Source: an uncultured delta proteobacterium (lineage in GTDB: Bacteria > Myxococcota_A > Polyangia > Fen-1088). From it: a stretch of DNA of 64,000 nt. A program made the position numbers and the translations under genes. Location: the NCBI GenBank assembly GCA_963796685.1, contig CAWCMR010000008.1, forward strand, positions 128,001 to 192,000. The letters are read 5' to 3'. The notes under the pieces are model-generated. The model was not told the origin of the DNA, did not search any database, and saw only the letters and a program-made list of their open reading frames with translations. This document shows, in pieces, positions 1 through 10,164 of the stretch; positions within the stretch are counted from its first letter, which is position 1; each line of letters opens with the position of its first letter.

Positions 1-2
1 TT

Positions 3-875
3 CGCGAGTTCAATCTGCGGCTCGCACACGAAATCGAAACGGCGACGCAGGATCTGTCGCGCAAGAACATGGCGCTCGGACAGCTCAATCGCCTGCTCAA
101 CGATCTGCGCCGGGAAAACGCCTCCAAGGTTCGCCTGGCCACGCTCGGCCAGCTGGCGGCGCAGCTCGCACACGAGATCGGCACGCCGCTCTCTTCCGTC
201 TCCGGCCACCTGCAGCTCGCACTCTTGCAGCGCGACCTCACGCCAACCTTGCGCGAACGCCTGGAGGTGGCGACGCGAGAGATTGCCCGCATCGGCCGCA
301 TCGTGCGCGACTATCTCGACTCGACCCGCGGCCTCGAACCCGAGCGCAAGCCCACCTCGCTGCGCCAGCTCCTGCACGAGGCCGTCGAGGTCACGGGCGG
401 ACTGGAGCAGGCCATCAAACCCGCGGTGTCCATCGACATCGCCGACGAGCCATCCGATTTCCAAACCGACCCCGGGCTCCTGCGCCAGATTCTGATCAAT
501 CTGCTTTCGAATGCCTTCGATGCCGTCGCCGCCATGGCCAAGGACGGACACGTGACCATCACGGCCGGGGCCAGGAACGGTCAAGTGGACATCGCGATCG
601 GCGACACGGGCGCGGGCATTTCGCCCGAGGATCAGCGCAGTATCTTCGAACCCTTCTACACCACCAAGGGGCGTGGCAAGGGCACCGGACTTGGGCTCGC
701 CATCTGCCGCGAGCTATCCAAGTCCTTGGGTGGCTCCATCGAGGTGGAAAGCACTCCCGGCAAGGGCTCGACCTTCACGGTTCATCTGCCGCTGCACGGT
801 CCCGGGGAGGGAGACTCCGGGACGCCGAGGCTCGAGTCCGGCACGCGCAAGATTTCAACGGGAGGAGTTGCATGA
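3..875 (+). CDS. Sensor histidine kinase (HisKA + HATPase_c), 5'-partial
   Basis: H-box [10 protein letters not shown]-box [31 protein letters not shown]. Frame is open to the window edge. Confidence 0.95.
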   Translation, partial: REFNLRLAHEIETATQDLSRKNMALGQLNRLLNDLRRENASKVRLATLGQLAAQLAHEIGTPLSSVSGHLQLALLQRDLTPTLRERLEVATREIARIGRIVRDYLDSTRGLEPERKPTSLRQLLHEAVEVTGGLEQAIKPAVSIDIADEPSDFQTDPGLLRQILINLLSNAFDAVAAMAKDGHVTITAGARNGQVDIAIGDTGAGISPEDQRSIFEPFYTTKGRGKGTGLGLAICRELSKSLGGSIEVESTPGKGSTFTVHLPLHGPGEGDSGTPRLESGTRKISTGGVA

Positions 876-2246
876 CTCGAGTGCTGGTGGTCGAAGACGA
901 CGCGGTCGCGCGCGATCTGCTGTGCGAGATCTTGCGCGGCGAGGGTTTCGATGTCGAAGCCGTGGACGACGGCGCGCCCGCCGTCGAGCGAGCGGGAGGC
1001 GGACGCTACGATCTGGTCCTGTCGGATGTGCGCATGGAGCGGGTCGGCGGGCTGGACGTGCTGCGCGCCTTCACCGAAAAATCGCCGACCACGCCGGTCA
1101 TTCTCATCACCGCCTTCGGCGATGTCACCGGCGCCATGGAAGCCATCGGCCACGGGGCCTACGACTACGTGTCCAAGCCCTTCAACATCGAAGAGCTCCG
1201 CCTGACCGTGGCGCGCGCCCTCGAGCGCAGGCGCCTTTCCGCCGAAGCGGACACGACGGCGTCCGCGGGTGGCGGCCAGAGCCAGGTCGCCGACATCGAA
1301 GGCAAGAGCCAGCGCATGCTCGATGTCTACAAGCTGGTCGCACGCGTCGCCCCCTCGACCGCGACCGTGTTGGTAGTGGGCGAGTCGGGTACCGGCAAGG
1401 AGCTGGTCGCACGCGCCATCCACCAACGCTCGCCGCGAGCGACCAAGCCCTTCGTGCCGGTCAATTGCACCGCCCTGTCCGAGTCCCTGCTCGAATCCGA
1501 GCTGTTTGGTCACGCACGCGGGGCCTTCACCGGCGCCGTCGCGGCCAAGCGCGGCCTGTTCGAGACCGCCAATGGCGGGACCCTGTTTCTCGACGAGATC
1601 GGCGACATGGGGCCGAAGATGCAAGCCCAGATTCTGCGCGTCCTGCAAGACGGGGAAATGCGCCCGGTGGGCGGAACCGACGCCCTTCGCGTCGACGTGC
1701 GCCTGGTGTGCGCCACCAATCGCGATCTGGAGGCCGACGTCAAGACCGGGCACTTCCGCGAGGATCTCTACTTCCGCATCAATGTCGTGACCGTGCGCAT
1801 GCCTCCGCTACGCGACCGATCCGGCGATATTCCCATCCTGGTCCGCCATTTCATCAACAAGATCGCCAAACGGGAGGGACGCGCGCTCGCCAGCATCTCG
1901 CCCGAGGCCCTCGAGGTCCTCTGCCGCTACGGTTGGCCAGGCAACGTGCGCGAGCTGCAAGAACGCCATCGAACGCGCGGTCGCGGTTGCCAAGGGCAAC
2001 GTCGTGCTGCCCTCGGATCTGCCCGCGGAGGTCTACGGCGGGGCGGCCATCGCACCCGCCAGCATCATCGACGATCGCCCGACCCTGGGCGAGTTGGAGC
2101 GGCGTTACATCGCCCTCGTGCTCGCCGAATGTGGCGGCAACAAGAAGCGGGCGGCGGAAAAGCTCGGTATCGACCGGCGCACCCTCTACCGCGCCATCGA
2201 GCGATCCGGGGACAGCGCCGAGCCCGAAGAAGACGCCGAGGGTTAG
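872..2246 (+). CDS. Sigma54-dependent NtrC/AtoC-family response regulator (REC-AAA+-HTH_8), +1 frameshift at ~1959
   Basis: REC domain, [37 protein letters not shown]. Removing one A in CA[A]G restores [11 protein letters not shown] and joins the Fis-HTH in ORF 2004..2246. Confidence 0.95.
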
Positions 2247-2280
2247 AGCACAGTTTCCAGGCGTCGCGGGAGTGCGAGTC

Positions 2281-3150
2281 TCACTCGAGCAGCGCCAGAA
2301 ATGCGCGCGCGGCGTGGGACAGCGTGCGCCCCTCCGGGTACACGAGGCGAATCTTGCGTTCGGGCATGAGCCCCTTGACCTGGATCTCGCGCAGCGTGCC
2401 CTGTCCGATCTCGTCCTCCACGCACATGCGCGGCAGGAAGGCCACGCCTTCGTTCCGCTGTACCATCTTGCGAATCGCCTCGACCGTGGGCATTTCCAGG
2501 TCACGGTTGAGCGGTACCCGCAGCCTCTCGAACTCGCGCACGACGACCTCTTTGTAGGGCGAGACGACAATGTGGCCGATGAAGGTCTCCATGCCGAGAT
2601 CCGCGATCGACACCGAACGTCGCCGCGCCAGCCGGTGTTGGGGCGCCACCACGCAGGCCAGGTGGTCGGTGTAGATGATGCGCGAAGCGAGTCGGCCGTC
2701 GTTGGGATCGTAGCTGACCACGCCCAGCTCCAGATCGCCCTCGAGGATTTCGGTGGGGATCTTGCTCGACTGGCAGCGCCGCACCTGCACCTTCACGCGC
2801 GGGTAACGCCGCCGGTAGCGACTGATGAGCGGCAACAGATACAAGGTCGCCGACTCGTTGGCGCCGATGAGCAAGCGGCCGGTGGCGTTGTCGCGCAGCT
2901 CGGCCAAGGCTTGGGTCAGATCGGAATGCAGGTTCTCGAAACGCCGGGCATGATCGAGAACCACCTGGCCAGCGTCGGTCAGGCGCGTCTGCCTGCCGCT
3001 GCGATCGATGAGGAGCTCGCCCACGTCCAGCTCGAGGCGCTTGATGGCCAGCGAGACCGCGGGCTGGGTCCGCGCCAGTTTGACGGCGGCCCGCGAGAAG
3101 CTCTTTTCGGTGGCGACCGTGCGAAAGACCGCGAGTGTGGCGAGATCCAT
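2281..3150 (-). CDS. LysR-family transcriptional regulator
   Basis: [43 protein letters not shown] plus substrate-binding domain; divergent from leuA. Confidence 0.95.
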   Translation of the reverse strand: MDLATLAVFRTVATEKSFSRAAVKLARTQPAVSLAIKRLELDVGELLIDRSGRQTRLTDAGQVVLDHARRFENLHSDLTQALAELRDNATGRLLIGANESATLYLLPLISRYRRRYPRVKVQVRRCQSSKIPTEILEGDLELGVVSYDPNDGRLASRIIYTDHLACVVAPQHRLARRRSVSIADLGMETFIGHIVVSPYKEVVVREFERLRVPLNRDLEMPTVEAIRKMVQRNEGVAFLPRMCVEDEIGQGTLREIQVKGLMPERKIRLVYPEGRTLSHAARAFLALLE

Positions 3151-3163
3151 GGCTGTCGGGAAG

Positions 3164-3180
3164 TATAAGGGAAGCTTATA
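3164..3180. promoter_or_regulatory. LysR recognition box (T-N11-A dyad)
   Basis: Perfect dyad TATAAG-ggaag-CTTATA in the AT-rich lysR/leuA divergent spacer. Confidence 0.7.
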
Positions 3181-3293
3181 ATATAACCAACTGTAATGGT
3201 AACAAGGAACAGAATAAATTCGCCATATCAAGCGGATCGCGCTAATTTAGCCGCCGTTGTCCCCCTTTGCCAAGTTGAAAGGAGCCCGCTGCC

Positions 3294-4445
<1,152 letters not shown>

Positions 4446-4512
4446 CAACAACTATGACGCGACGAGCCTGGGGCGCCGAACGGCTTTGAACCCGAGCAAT
4501 TTCCGGATTCTA

Positions 4513-4623
4513 ACCACAGAGGACACAGAGAACACAGAGACGGACGAGAAGGGAAGGGTTCGGATTGAGATCCGGAAAACCCTTACTTTTCCGGACCTCT
4601 GTGCCCTCTGTGTTCTCTGTGGT
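4513..4623. repeat. REP-like long inverted repeat built of 9-nt units, with inner hairpin
   Basis: ACCACAGAGGACACAGAGAACACAGAG ... CTCTGTGCCCTCTGTGTTCTCTGTGGT; inner TCCGGAAAA/TTTTCCGGA at 4571-4595. Confidence 0.85.
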
Positions 4624-4815
4624 GAAAAAATGGCTTGTGCGCTCTCTGCATAGCGGCCTCGGCGGCGCCAGGCAATTCCTTGCGTCTCCCCGCCTCGTCC
4701 TCGGCGAGCGCAGGTGCCGGAGCCTTTGGCTTGATTCACCTTCGCGCTCCCGGCGCTTGATGAGGTATCATGCGCGCGGGCATTTTACCTCGGAAGGAGC
4801 CTGGCGCATTCGATC

Positions 4816-6450
4816 ATGTCGGTAGTTGGAATCGATCTCGGGACCACGAACTCCGTGATTGCCACCGTGCGAGACGGTCAGGTGGTCGTCGTGCCCGCGG
4901 CCCACGGCGGCTACTTGCATCCCTCGGTGGTTTCCTTCTCCTCCGACGGGCTGAAGTACTTCTCGCGCGAGGGGGTAGCCCGCCGCATCGTCGACCCCAA
5001 GTACACGGTCTATTCGGGCAAGCGTCTCATCGGCCTTTCGTTCCGGTCCAAGGAAGTTCAGAAGGCCATCGCCCGCCTGCCTTACGAATTGCGCGAAGGC
5101 AACAACGAGCAAGCCGTCTTCGTCGGCCCGGATCGCACGTATACGATTCCCGAGGTTTCCGGCCTCTTGCTGGGATACCTGCGTCAGTGCTGCGAGCTGT
5201 TTCTCAGCGACACCGTGACGGGCGCGGTGATTACGGTACCCGCGAATTTCAACGATGCCCAAAGGCGCGCGACCATCGACGCTGGCCGCATCGCGGGGCT
5301 GGATGTCCTGCGCGTGCTCAACGAGCCGACCGCCGCTGCACTGGCCTATGGCCTTGGCCAGAACATGTCGCAACGGATCGCGGTCTACGACTTCGGCGGC
5401 GGGACCTTCGATATCACCATCCTGCAAGTGGAAGGCGACGTCTTCGAGGTGCTCGCCACCGGGGGCGACACCTTCCTCGGCGGCGACGACATGGACACCG
5501 CCCTGCTCAACATCCTGGCCGAGCTGTTCCGCGCCGAGCACGGCATCGATCCGCGCAACGATCAGGCCGCCCACGCGCGCCTGCTCATCGCGGCCGAGCA
5601 GGTCAAGTGTCATCTCTCGGAATACTCCGAAGCGCGCGGCGAGCTCAAGAACATCGCCATCAACGAGCTCGGCGAGCAGCTCGCCCTGCGTTTTCATATC
5701 GCGCGCAACGTCTTCGAGACGGCGATTCGCGGCCTGGTCGCCCGCACCGTCCAAACCATGCAGGAGGTCCTGGCGTCGGCAGGCCTGGCTGCCTCCCAGA
5801 TCGACGAGGTCATCATGGTGGGCGGTACGACGCGCGTGCCTCTCGTGCGGGCCGAGGTCGAGCGCTATTTCGGGCGGCCGCCGCGTACCGATCTGAACCC
5901 CGACGAGGTCGTGGCCTGGGGTGCCGCCATCCAGGCCGAAAACCTGGCCCACGCCGGCGAGAACCTGGCCAACCAGGCCGTCCTGCTCGATGTCACCCCG
6001 CGTGCCCTCGGTATCGCAGTGGCCGGCGGTTTCGCCGAACGCATTCTGGACCGCAACGTCCCGGTTCCCGTCGAGCAGACGCGCATCTTCACCACCTCCG
6101 GGGACAACCAAAGCTCGGTGCGCATCCAGGTCTGCCAAGGCGAGTCCCGCCGTTTCGACGAAAACGTGCCTCTGGGCGAGCTGGAGCTGACCGGCATACC
6201 AGCGGCCCGTCGAGGCGAGATCGCCATCGAGGTCACCTTCCGTGTGGACACCAACGGCATCCTGCGCGTGCGCGCGCGCGACGCAGCGACTGGTGCCGCG
6301 CGCGAGGCCGCCGTCAACGTCCGCGGTGGCATGTCCGACGTGGAGGTGGCAGAAGCAGTGGAGCGGCAGAAATCGCAGGAGAGTCCCGTGGATGACTCGA
6401 TGTTGCCTGAGCTGGCGGGTCTCGAGGAACTAGAGGAATTGAAGGAATAG
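4816..6450 (+). CDS. Hsp70/DnaK-family protein (non-canonical paralog, lid truncated)
   Basis: GIDLGTTNS, TVPANF, NEPTAAALAYG, YDFGGGTFDIT, VGGTTRVP, linker VLLDVTP; 544 aa with acidic tail. Confidence 0.95.
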   Translation: MSVVGIDLGTTNSVIATVRDGQVVVVPAAHGGYLHPSVVSFSSDGLKYFSREGVARRIVDPKYTVYSGKRLIGLSFRSKEVQKAIARLPYELREGNNEQAVFVGPDRTYTIPEVSGLLLGYLRQCCELFLSDTVTGAVITVPANFNDAQRRATIDAGRIAGLDVLRVLNEPTAAALAYGLGQNMSQRIAVYDFGGGTFDITILQVEGDVFEVLATGGDTFLGGDDMDTALLNILAELFRAEHGIDPRNDQAAHARLLIAAEQVKCHLSEYSEARGELKNIAINELGEQLALRFHIARNVFETAIRGLVARTVQTMQEVLASAGLAASQIDEVIMVGGTTRVPLVRAEVERYFGRPPRTDLNPDEVVAWGAAIQAENLAHAGENLANQAVLLDVTPRALGIAVAGGFAERILDRNVPVPVEQTRIFTTSGDNQSSVRIQVCQGESRRFDENVPLGELELTGIPAARRGEIAIEVTFRVDTNGILRVRARDAATGAAREAAVNVRGGMSDVEVAEAVERQKSQESPVDDSMLPELAGLEELEELKE

Positions 6451-6460
6451 CGAGACGCGC

Positions 6461-7003
6461 ATGGCACGCCAGACCCCGGAACAACTAGCCAACTTCGTGC
6501 GCCAGCTCTACGGGAAGCTGGATCACCTTTCCTACTACGACCTGCTTGGCGTTTCGTCTGGAACACCCGACGCCGACATCCGAGCGGCGTTCTATCGCAT
6601 GTCCAACGATCTGCACCCGGATCGCTACCACACCTTGGCCGACCGAGAGCTGAAGGAACGCCTGGAGACCATCTACGCCCGCATCTGCGAAGGCTATCGC
6701 GTGCTGACCACGCCCGAGCGGCGGGCCACCTACACGCGCATGCTGAACGAAGGCAAGAAGCGGCTGACCAGCACGGACCGTGAATCGCGGGCGCCGCAGA
6801 CCCCCGAGGACAGCATCAAGCACGAGGAGGCCAAGAAGTTCTTCCGCCTCGGCATGCTTTGCCTCGGCAGCAAGGACTGGAAGGGCGCGGTGATGAACTT
6901 CAACTTCGCGCGCTCGTTCGAGCCCAACGCGGCCGTGATCAACCAGAAGCTCGGCGAGGCCCAGGCGGCGCTGGGCAAGCCGGGCGGTCCGGGAGCAAAA
7001 TAG
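6461..7003 (+). CDS. J-domain protein with C-terminal TPR-like helices
   Basis: SYYDLLGV...LHPDRY...EGYRVL; TPR-like EAKKFFRLG...WKGAVMNFNFARSFEPN. Confidence 0.9.
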   Translation: MARQTPEQLANFVRQLYGKLDHLSYYDLLGVSSGTPDADIRAAFYRMSNDLHPDRYHTLADRELKERLETIYARICEGYRVLTTPERRATYTRMLNEGKKRLTSTDRESRAPQTPEDSIKHEEAKKFFRLGMLCLGSKDWKGAVMNFNFARSFEPNAAVINQKLGEAQAALGKPGGPGAK

Positions 7004-7005
7004 CC

Positions 7006-8769
7006 ATGGCGGCGGGATCCCAGGGACCAGGCGAGATGGGATCAGGAGCGGCCGTCTCGTCGAGCTCGTCCGGCAGCGCCTTCGCGTCGCCCAAGATTGG
7101 CGCCACCCTGGGCCGCTACGAGATCGTCGCCGTCCTTGGCCACGGCGCCATGGCCACCGTCTTCCGCGCCCGCGATACCGAGCTTGGCCGCGACGTCGCC
7201 ATCAAGGTGATGAGCATGGGGCATGCCACTCGCGGCGGCGCAGGCGAACGCTTTCGGCGCGAAGCACACGCCGTGGCTGCGCTCAAGCATCCCGCCATCG
7301 TCGAGATCTACGACTTCGTCGGCGCAACCGACAGCGAGCCCAGCTACATCGTGGTCGAGCTCATCAAGGGCCCGACCCTGCGCACGCTTCTCGAAGAACG
7401 GGGTGGACGATTCCTACCCGAGATCGCCGCGCTCATCGCCCTGCCCCTGGCCGAGGCCCTGGCGGCGGCGCACGAGCGCGGGGTCATCCATCGCGACGTG
7501 AAACCCGACAACGTCATGATCGAAACCAGCGGCGAGAGCAGCCGCGTGGTGCTGACCGATTTCGGCGTCGCGCACATCACGGGCATGGAGACCATGACCG
7601 CGACCGGCGCGCTCGTCGGCTCGCCCGCCTATATGTCGCCCGAGCAGTCGCACGGGCACGAGGTGACCTCGGCCGCCGACCTGTGGTCTCTCGGGGCCAT
7701 GCTCTACGAGCTGGTCACCGGGGTGGTGCCGTTCGCGGGCAAGGATCCCTTCACCATGATCGCGGCCATCTTGCGCGGCACCTTCCGCCGGCCGTCTCAG
7801 GTCGTCGCCACCGTGGGCCCGGATTTCGAGGCCATGATCATGCGCTGTCTCAAGGCGTCCCCTGGCGAGCGCTACCCCAGCGCCTCGGCCCTGGCCGCCG
7901 ATCTGCGCGAGCTCACGCGCGCATCCGGGCTGGTCCCCGAGGCCAAGGCCTTGCGCCGCTTTCTCGACGAGCCGGAGGCGATGATGGGAGAGTTGCGACC
8001 TCGGGTAGCCGGCACGGCGGTGGAGCGGGCTCGACAGTTCGCCCGGCGCGGACAACTGGCCCGAGCCCTGGCCGAGATCGGACACGCGACGGCGTACGTC
8101 CCCGACCACGCCGGCGCCGAGAGACTTCTACGCCGGCTTTCCGCCAGCCGCCTTGCCATCAGGATCGCCATGGCGGCCGCCGGCCTTCTGGCCGCGCTCG
8201 GCATCATTCTCTTGGCGAGGACGCGCTTTGCGCACAAGGTACCTGTGGCGGTCGTGCCCGTGGTAACGGTTCCGGTGGCTTCGCCGCCGCCCGCGCCGGT
8301 CGAGAAGAAGCCGGCCGCCGTCGAGGCGCCCCTACCGGTGCCGGCCGCCGCGCCCGGCAAGTCGCCGAGAAGAGCCCACGCCCCTCGACGCGCACGCGCA
8401 ATGGCCAAGTCGACCACCGCTCCGGCCGTCGAGCCCACGCCGGCACCCGTGCCCTCGGCGCAGCCAAGCCCGCCCGCCGTCGAGCCCGCCGCCCCTTCGC
8501 CCAAGCGAGAAGCCCCGCAGGTTCGCACCGGGACCATCGCCCTTTTTGCCAAGGGCGGTCTCTGCTACCCGAGCCTCGACGACCATCCGGCCGGCAATCT
8601 GATGCCGGTGTTTCGCGATCTCGTGCCGGGCAAGCACACGATCTATTGCTCCCGCACCAAACAGAGCCCGCGCGAATGGGTGGGCGAGGTCGACCTCATC
8701 CCCGGCGCCAGAATCGAACGGACCGTCACCGAGCAGGACGGCCGTTTCATCCTCGCGCGGCCGAAGTGA
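7006..8769 (+). CDS. Membrane-anchored Hanks-type Ser/Thr protein kinase
   Basis: LGHGAMATV, VAIK, IHRDVKPDN, TDFG, GSPAYMSPEQ; TM helix, Pro/Ala linker, small extracellular beta domain. Confidence 0.95.
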   Translation: MAAGSQGPGEMGSGAAVSSSSSGSAFASPKIGATLGRYEIVAVLGHGAMATVFRARDTELGRDVAIKVMSMGHATRGGAGERFRREAHAVAALKHPAIVEIYDFVGATDSEPSYIVVELIKGPTLRTLLEERGGRFLPEIAALIALPLAEALAAAHERGVIHRDVKPDNVMIETSGESSRVVLTDFGVAHITGMETMTATGALVGSPAYMSPEQSHGHEVTSAADLWSLGAMLYELVTGVVPFAGKDPFTMIAAILRGTFRRPSQVVATVGPDFEAMIMRCLKASPGERYPSASALAADLRELTRASGLVPEAKALRRFLDEPEAMMGELRPRVAGTAVERARQFARRGQLARALAEIGHATAYVPDHAGAERLLRRLSASRLAIRIAMAAAGLLAALGIILLARTRFAHKVPVAVVPVVTVPVASPPPAPVEKKPAAVEAPLPVPAAAPGKSPRRAHAPRRARAMAKSTTAPAVEPTPAPVPSAQPSPPAVEPAAPSPKREAPQVRTGTIALFAKGGLCYPSLDDHPAGNLMPVFRDLVPGKHTIYCSRTKQSPREWVGEVDLIPGARIERTVTEQDGRFILARPK

Positions 8770-8811
8770 GCGCCGTCACAGACCTCCTGGCAAGCCGCTG
8801 AGCCGGTGACG

Positions 8812-8924
8812 TCTAAGGAAGCCAGAAAAGCAGGAAAAAGCGAGCAAGCAGTACTCCCAGCAGGACGAGCAAATGGGACTCCCGACGGCCATACACCCAT
8901 TCCTGGCTTCCTGGCTTCCTTAGA
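8812..8924. repeat. REP-like long inverted repeat built of 8-nt units
   Basis: TCTAAGGAAGCCAGAAAAGCAGGAA pairs with TTCCTGGCTTCCTGGCTTCCTTAGA at 22 of 25 positions. Confidence 0.8.
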
Positions 8925-8997
8925 GGCCTCCTCTTCTGTCAAGCATCAGCGACCAGCGGGCTCGTTGTGCCAGCCCTAAGTATGCTAGCGTCACACC

Positions 8998-10164
8998 GTG
9001 ACCACGGGCGGTTGCAGGTTGCTCTTGCTTGGCTTGCTTGCGAGCGGCATGGCGGGCTGTCTGCTCTTCACCGATCCCATCAATACCGCGCCGACCGTTT
9101 CCTTTCCGCCCCAGACAGAACCCCTCAAGCTCGTCCGTAGCAAGACGGCGTTTACGGTCGACGCATTCGATCCCGACCAGAGCACCGACTCGCTGAGATT
9201 CGACTGGTACCAAGGCAAGACCTGCGACGAAGCGCTCGCCGGACCGCCCGCCGCGCCGAATGTCGTGGGGAACGTGCCTTTCCCCTTTCAGCCCACGAAG
9301 CTTGGCTCCGGGTGCGTTGTGGTCGTCGTAACGGACAACCGCGGGGCCACGGCCTCGGCCGCGCAGAGCTACGAGGTCGTGGATCAGGCGCCCACAGCGA
9401 GCATCGTCATCCCGTACGCCGCGGGTCAACCCGAGCCCGTCAGCGGCCAGCCCTATCCGCTCGCGCTCTATTCGACGGTCACGTTATCGGGCAAGGTAGA
9501 CGACCCCGACAGCGAGGACATCGATTTTCTGACTCCCATCTGGCGCGTGTTCATCGCGGACGGCACGCAGCTATCGCTGCCAGCCTGTCCGGACAATTCC
9601 AAGGGTCCCCTCGTGTGCACGTTCACCACCACGACGCCGGGAAGCTACCGCGTGGAGCTTGTGGTGAACGACAAAATCCTGGCGAGCGATCCGGCCGAGC
9701 AATTCATCCAAGTCGCGGGCGATCAGCTCCCGAACATCGTGCTCGACAGCGCCCAACCCCTGCCGCCGACATCCTCCAACAACTCGCCGCTGCTGCTGCT
9801 CGCCGCCCAGAACAACGCCTTTGCCATCAACCGCGTGGAGGATGACGGCGACCCCTACCCGCCCGTGGAGCCGCTCGATCCCAACTCGCCGAGTCCGGCG
9901 GGTTTCGTCTGGTACGTCCGCCTCCCGAGCTCTCCCCTCTTCGAGCGCTGCATCGGCGGCGGCCCCTCTTTTACCCTCGGAAAAACCTTCAATCCCCAAG
10001 ACATCGTCCAAGTCCGGGTCGAATACCACGACCGCGTGACCGCCTGCCAGCCCAGGACCCCGGGCTGCGATGCGGTCTTCGCGGCCTGCGACCCCAATGC
10101 CACGATTTGCTACTCCCCCGATTACCGCGTCCAGTGGGTGACCTGGACGGTGGAATTCCGATGA
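8998..10164 (+). CDS. Putative lipoprotein with Ig/PKD-like beta domains
   Basis: Lipobox MAGC; Ig-like motifs (AFDPD, VVVTDNRGA, PGSYRVELVVND); paired Cys. Confidence 0.75.
   Translation: MTTGGCRLLLLGLLASGMAGCLLFTDPINTAPTVSFPPQTEPLKLVRSKTAFTVDAFDPDQSTDSLRFDWYQGKTCDEALAGPPAAPNVVGNVPFPFQPTKLGSGCVVVVVTDNRGATASAAQSYEVVDQAPTASIVIPYAAGQPEPVSGQPYPLALYSTVTLSGKVDDPDSEDIDFLTPIWRVFIADGTQLSLPACPDNSKGPLVCTFTTTTPGSYRVELVVNDKILASDPAEQFIQVAGDQLPNIVLDSAQPLPPTSSNNSPLLLLAAQNNAFAINRVEDDGDPYPPVEPLDPNSPSPAGFVWYVRLPSSPLFERCIGGGPSFTLGKTFNPQDIVQVRVEYHDRVTACQPRTPGCDAVFAACDPNATICYSPDYRVQWVTWTVEFR

Noticed and set aside
673-3168. 831-aa plus-strand ORF across the NtrC and LysR genes
   Set aside because: Arg/Gly-rich off-frame and antisense read in high-GC DNA with no motifs; it overlaps the true frame only after the 1959 frameshift.
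4768-6138. 456-aa minus-strand ORF opposite the Hsp70 gene
   Set aside because: This is the well-known antisense shadow of hsp70 genes, often misannotated as NAD-specific glutamate dehydrogenase; it arises from codon bias.
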